This document shows, piece after piece, positions 61,601 to 64,000 of a DNA stretch of 64,000 nucleotides. This DNA comes from Botryllus schlosseri. Lineage: Eukaryota. The notes beneath the pieces are model-generated. The model had not been told where the DNA came from. It worked only from the letters and a program-made list of their open reading frames with translations, and made no database searches. Position 1 is the stretch's first letter; every line of letters starts with the position of its first letter. A program made the position numbers and the translations under genes. Location of the stretch: assembly GCA_051294905.1 (NCBI GenBank), contig CM119385.1:18724001-18788000 (forward strand), read 5' to 3'.

Positions 61601-63660
61601 AATCTGCCTCCAAATAAGTGCTGAGGTGAGAGTATTTTTAGATACCGAAGCCGAGCTTGGTACAGTCCGGTTTCCGGATTCATGCCAATCAATAGGTTTG
61701 GGGATGACGGCGACATCGGACTAGTCGGGTGTTCGTTGAAGAACGAGGAATAGGTCATCTACCAAAAGTGTAACGCAATAAATAATAGTTCGCGCAAGCG
61801 CTCTCGCATAATGCAATAGTGTCGTCAAATGGGAGAAATTGCGTATCGCATTATTATGAGCATCAAAGATGAGGAGTAAATGGGAACGAAGTCAACAGTG
61901 ATTATGGCCTTCAAAACTTATAATAGGGTGGAAAGCGCCGTTGGCTTGCAGCATGTACCACATATGATCTTGATATAATGCAAAAATTATCGTTAATAAT
62001 ATTATTATTAAATTGTAATATGGATCGATGAAACGGATTACGGAAGTAATATGTAATAGCATAATCGATTACATCTAAAATAAATAGCGATTAATTGTAA
62101 TCAATTAAAACCATATTGTCTTTCATACCGTAAATATGGATATGAGACAATCGCTCCTTTCGACATATCGTATTTTGTCAATTACAGAAATTATCGTTTT
62201 TCCTATATATAGTTGTTCGAGTGTTGTGCTAAATATACAATAAATATCTGAAATTATCTTGGTCGAATATACTATATTATCATTGATCGCTATACTCCGA
62301 TTAATCACATATGCAGCCAATTTTCGCAATAAAATTGTGAATTCTATTTCGCTGGCTATGCAATTAAATGTAGTCAGCTTACTACTTCGATTGACCCTGT
62401 GGTTCAAAAGCCAGGCTAGGAGGAAGCATGATGTTTGTAGATTGCGGAAAAAGATGCCCCGAGTGAGGATCAAACTCACGACCTTGAGATTATGAGACTC
62501 ACGCGCTGCCTACTGCGCCATCGAGGCCGCGACATTCTATAGATAACTAAGGTAAACCGCTTTACCTTAGTTATCTATAGACATTCACGCGCGCAGCACG
62601 GGGAACATTTCAGTAGATATGTTAAGCGCATATCCAACAGACAAAGTTGCCTCATCAATATTACTCGAAGTTGTCATTTTTATTATTTGCATGGTAATGG
62701 ATGTAGGCTACTCGTTCTATAAAGAAAGTGATGATAGCATTGACAGGTATTATTTGTTGATGACTTCTACACGGAATTACGTTCTTGCATTATCCAATAC
62801 TCCGTACACACCGCACCTTCATATGTTGTTGTATTGACTTCTTGATCAATTTGGCAGCGGTGCTGTCTTTTTTCATTGCATCAAGAATGGAAGGCGGCAG
62901 GAACTTTTTGATACCATATTCTTTTCTGCGACACAGCAATCAGAAGAGTAAGTTAAATCTTGCCGAATACTAGAGTAAACTGCCATCAGGAAGTGGCGAG
63001 ATATATCGTAGTGGTATGATGGGTATAATGGGTTGTGGGTTCGAGTCCGACCGATGTCGACTACAGAATTCCTACCTAAGTGTTGGATGTTTACCTAGGC
63101 TCCTCCATGTAAGCGGTGTCTTATAAGAGCCTATAGAAATGGGCCGTTCTACAAGTCGGCAGCTACGGAAAATAAAAAATGAACAAAATTAGCCTGGTGT
63201 AAATGACTATTAGTTGACGACAAACACTATGAATACCTTAAAACAAAGAAAATAAATAGATATGGCGAAAAATACGAAGTTATCTTCAATGTAGTGTAAC
63301 TAGCATTATTAAAATTTGTGGTCGCACATAAATCTGAAGTTTCCAAGTCAATCTTTCTGTTATAACGTTATAAGGAGTGGTATTCGGAGTCAAATACTCA
63401 ATATGGAATCGCTCAGGTAGTCGATTTTTGCCAGCCGTAACTGTCAGGACGTAGGCCTTACTCGAAATATTTCAGTGTCAGCTTGTTGGAAGGTACTTGA
63501 AAGCGGAATGAGTTTCTCTGAAACGGGCTTTCCGCAGTGGCTGAAGACATTCTCATATCGGGAGGTGTGTCAGGCGCTGTGCAAAAGAAGAGCTCCAGCA
63601 TCTGCAGAGCAGCCAATTTGATGTAGTCTTCTCGGGATAGGTCGCTTTTATACCGCTCTC
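54281..63660 (-). CDS. FRMPD4: FERM and PDZ domain-containing protein, FRMPD1/3/4 (Preso1)-like; 3' portion, gene continues past window
   Basis: Exons 63660-63462, 62925-62817, 61758-61582, 61402-61217, 59789-59666, 58694-57590, 56910-56437, 55694-54281: all GT-AG with matching phases. FERM B/C motifs IKLAALQM, KLTLKYFEKEYGIKKFLP, YLKIL...FGGRFF, ILVGRHYGISQLIN, MVAGYCR recalled from FRMPD4. Symbol means closest homolog; one-to-one orthology not shown. Confidence 0.88.
56437..56910 (-). CDS. FRMPD4: FRMPD-like exon (symmetric phase 2/2)
   Basis: 474 bp; W codon split TG|G restores the frame. Confidence 0.82.
57590..58694 (-). CDS. FRMPD4: FRMPD-like large disordered exon
   Basis: 1105 bp open frame, phases 1/2, contains the PPxxF motif PPPPFF. 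Confidence 0.85.
58843..58884. mobile_element. 42-bp hAT-type micro-insertion (CAGGGATATC family), intronic
   Basis: Near-perfect palindrome (one mismatch) with perfect TSD AATTGTAT. Confidence 0.82.
59666..59789 (-). CDS. FRMPD4: FRMPD-like exon (FERM C end)
   Basis: DIHFTMGRQDAHKFALMVAGYCRVY; TTGCAG acceptor, GTGAGT donor; phases 0/1. Confidence 0.9.
59954..60471. mobile_element. hAT (Charlie-like) MITE, intronic (518 bp)
   Basis: TIR CAGGGGCGGGCAAC; GGGCCG subterminal motifs; perfect TSD ATATAGGC. Confidence 0.93.
61217..61402 (-). CDS. FRMPD4: FRMPD-like exon (FERM C lobe)
   Basis: AILVGRHYGISQLINAKTRMVSVLAEFQHV; phases 0/0. Confidence 0.9.
61582..61758 (-). CDS. FRMPD4: FRMPD-like exon (FERM B/C junction)
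   Basis: LYQARLRYLKILSPQHLFGGRFF; GTGAGT donor; phases 0/0. Confidence 0.88.
62537..62580. mobile_element. 44-bp perfect hairpin insertion, intronic
   Basis: 20-bp arms CTATAGATAACTAAGGTAAA, CCGC loop, flanked by direct repeat (G)ACATT(C). Confidence 0.65.
62817..62925 (-). CDS. FRMPD4: FRMPD-like exon (FERM B lobe)
   Basis: KEYGIKKFLPPSILDAMKK; phases 2/0. Confidence 0.88.
62994..63250 (+). mobile_element. tRNA-derived SINE, diverged, intronic
   Basis: TGGCGAG...GTAGTGGTA...GGTTCGAGTCC head; family body and tail. Confidence 0.82.
63462..63660 (-). CDS. FRMPD4: FRMPD-like exon (FERM B lobe)
   Basis: ERYKSDLSREDYIKLAALQM...KLTLKYFE; TTACAG acceptor, GTAAGG donor; phases 1/2. Confidence 0.88.
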
Positions 63661-63939
63661 CTGTAAAACGTAAACGCCGGTGTGCATATTTGAGTTTATA
63701 ACACTGTCTGAAGTGACGGCATTTGTTGCCATGATTTTTCAGGGGCGCGACTAATCGAAGAATTGGGATATTTCTTACGACAGCATGACGTTACATAAAC
63801 AGTAGTATCAAGTTGGTTCCGAGCTTTGACATAACGCACGCCAGACTCGATTGCATAATTGTATTTACGATTATTGACCGCGCCACTATGCGTATTGAAG
63901 CGCATCAACAATTTTCAACATTTCAGAAGATTTGCGTAC

Positions 63940-64000
63940 CGCCCATTATTCCCGAGGGTGCACAACGGACATGAATGTTGTAAAGCGTAGCTTGAAATGT
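63940..64000 (-). CDS. Possible partial upstream FRMPD-like exon at window edge
   Basis: Open frame TFQATLYNIHVRCAPSGIMG ending phase 1 at a GTACGC donor, compatible with the next exon; homology weak. Confidence 0.35.

Noticed and set aside
19480-63060. tRNA-like heads (GGTTCGAGTCC B boxes) as real tRNA genes
   Set aside because: No complete cloverleaf; each continues into a shared ~200-bp body and tail, so they are SINE heads.
1-64000. CRISPR arrays, operons, rRNA or other prokaryotic systems
   Set aside because: No regularly spaced repeats, rRNA-like sequence or gene-dense organisation; the window is intron-containing animal DNA.

Overview
AT-rich nuclear DNA of a non-vertebrate animal (GT-AG introns, Sec-encoding gene, no prokaryotic features). 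Host genes: (i) a cluster at ~0.6-27 kb of divergent single-coding-exon genes for small secreted, probably beta-trefoil (IL-1/FGF-fold-like) proteins, with three intact ORFs and two likely pseudogenes in alternating orientation; (ii) a selenoprotein W gene (51074-51334, in-frame UGA, type II SECIS) that the ORF track misses; (iii) the 3' part of an FRMPD1/3/4 (Preso)-like FERM gene on the minus strand, rebuilt as 8 phase-consistent exons (63660 to 54281) and continuing beyond the window. The rest is repeat-rich: a young ~7.1-kb BEL/Pao LTR retrotransposon (two frameshifts, asymmetric LTRs, no tRNA-type PBS, possible self-priming), a tRNA-derived SINE family, many hAT-type MITEs with 8-bp TSDs (some nested), a Tc1/mariner MITE, 14-42-bp hAT micro-insertions with intact TSDs, and a Penelope-like 66-bp perfect palindrome carrying a minimal hammerhead ribozyme on each strand. 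All family assignments come from motif recognition by eye; no database search or structure prediction was run.
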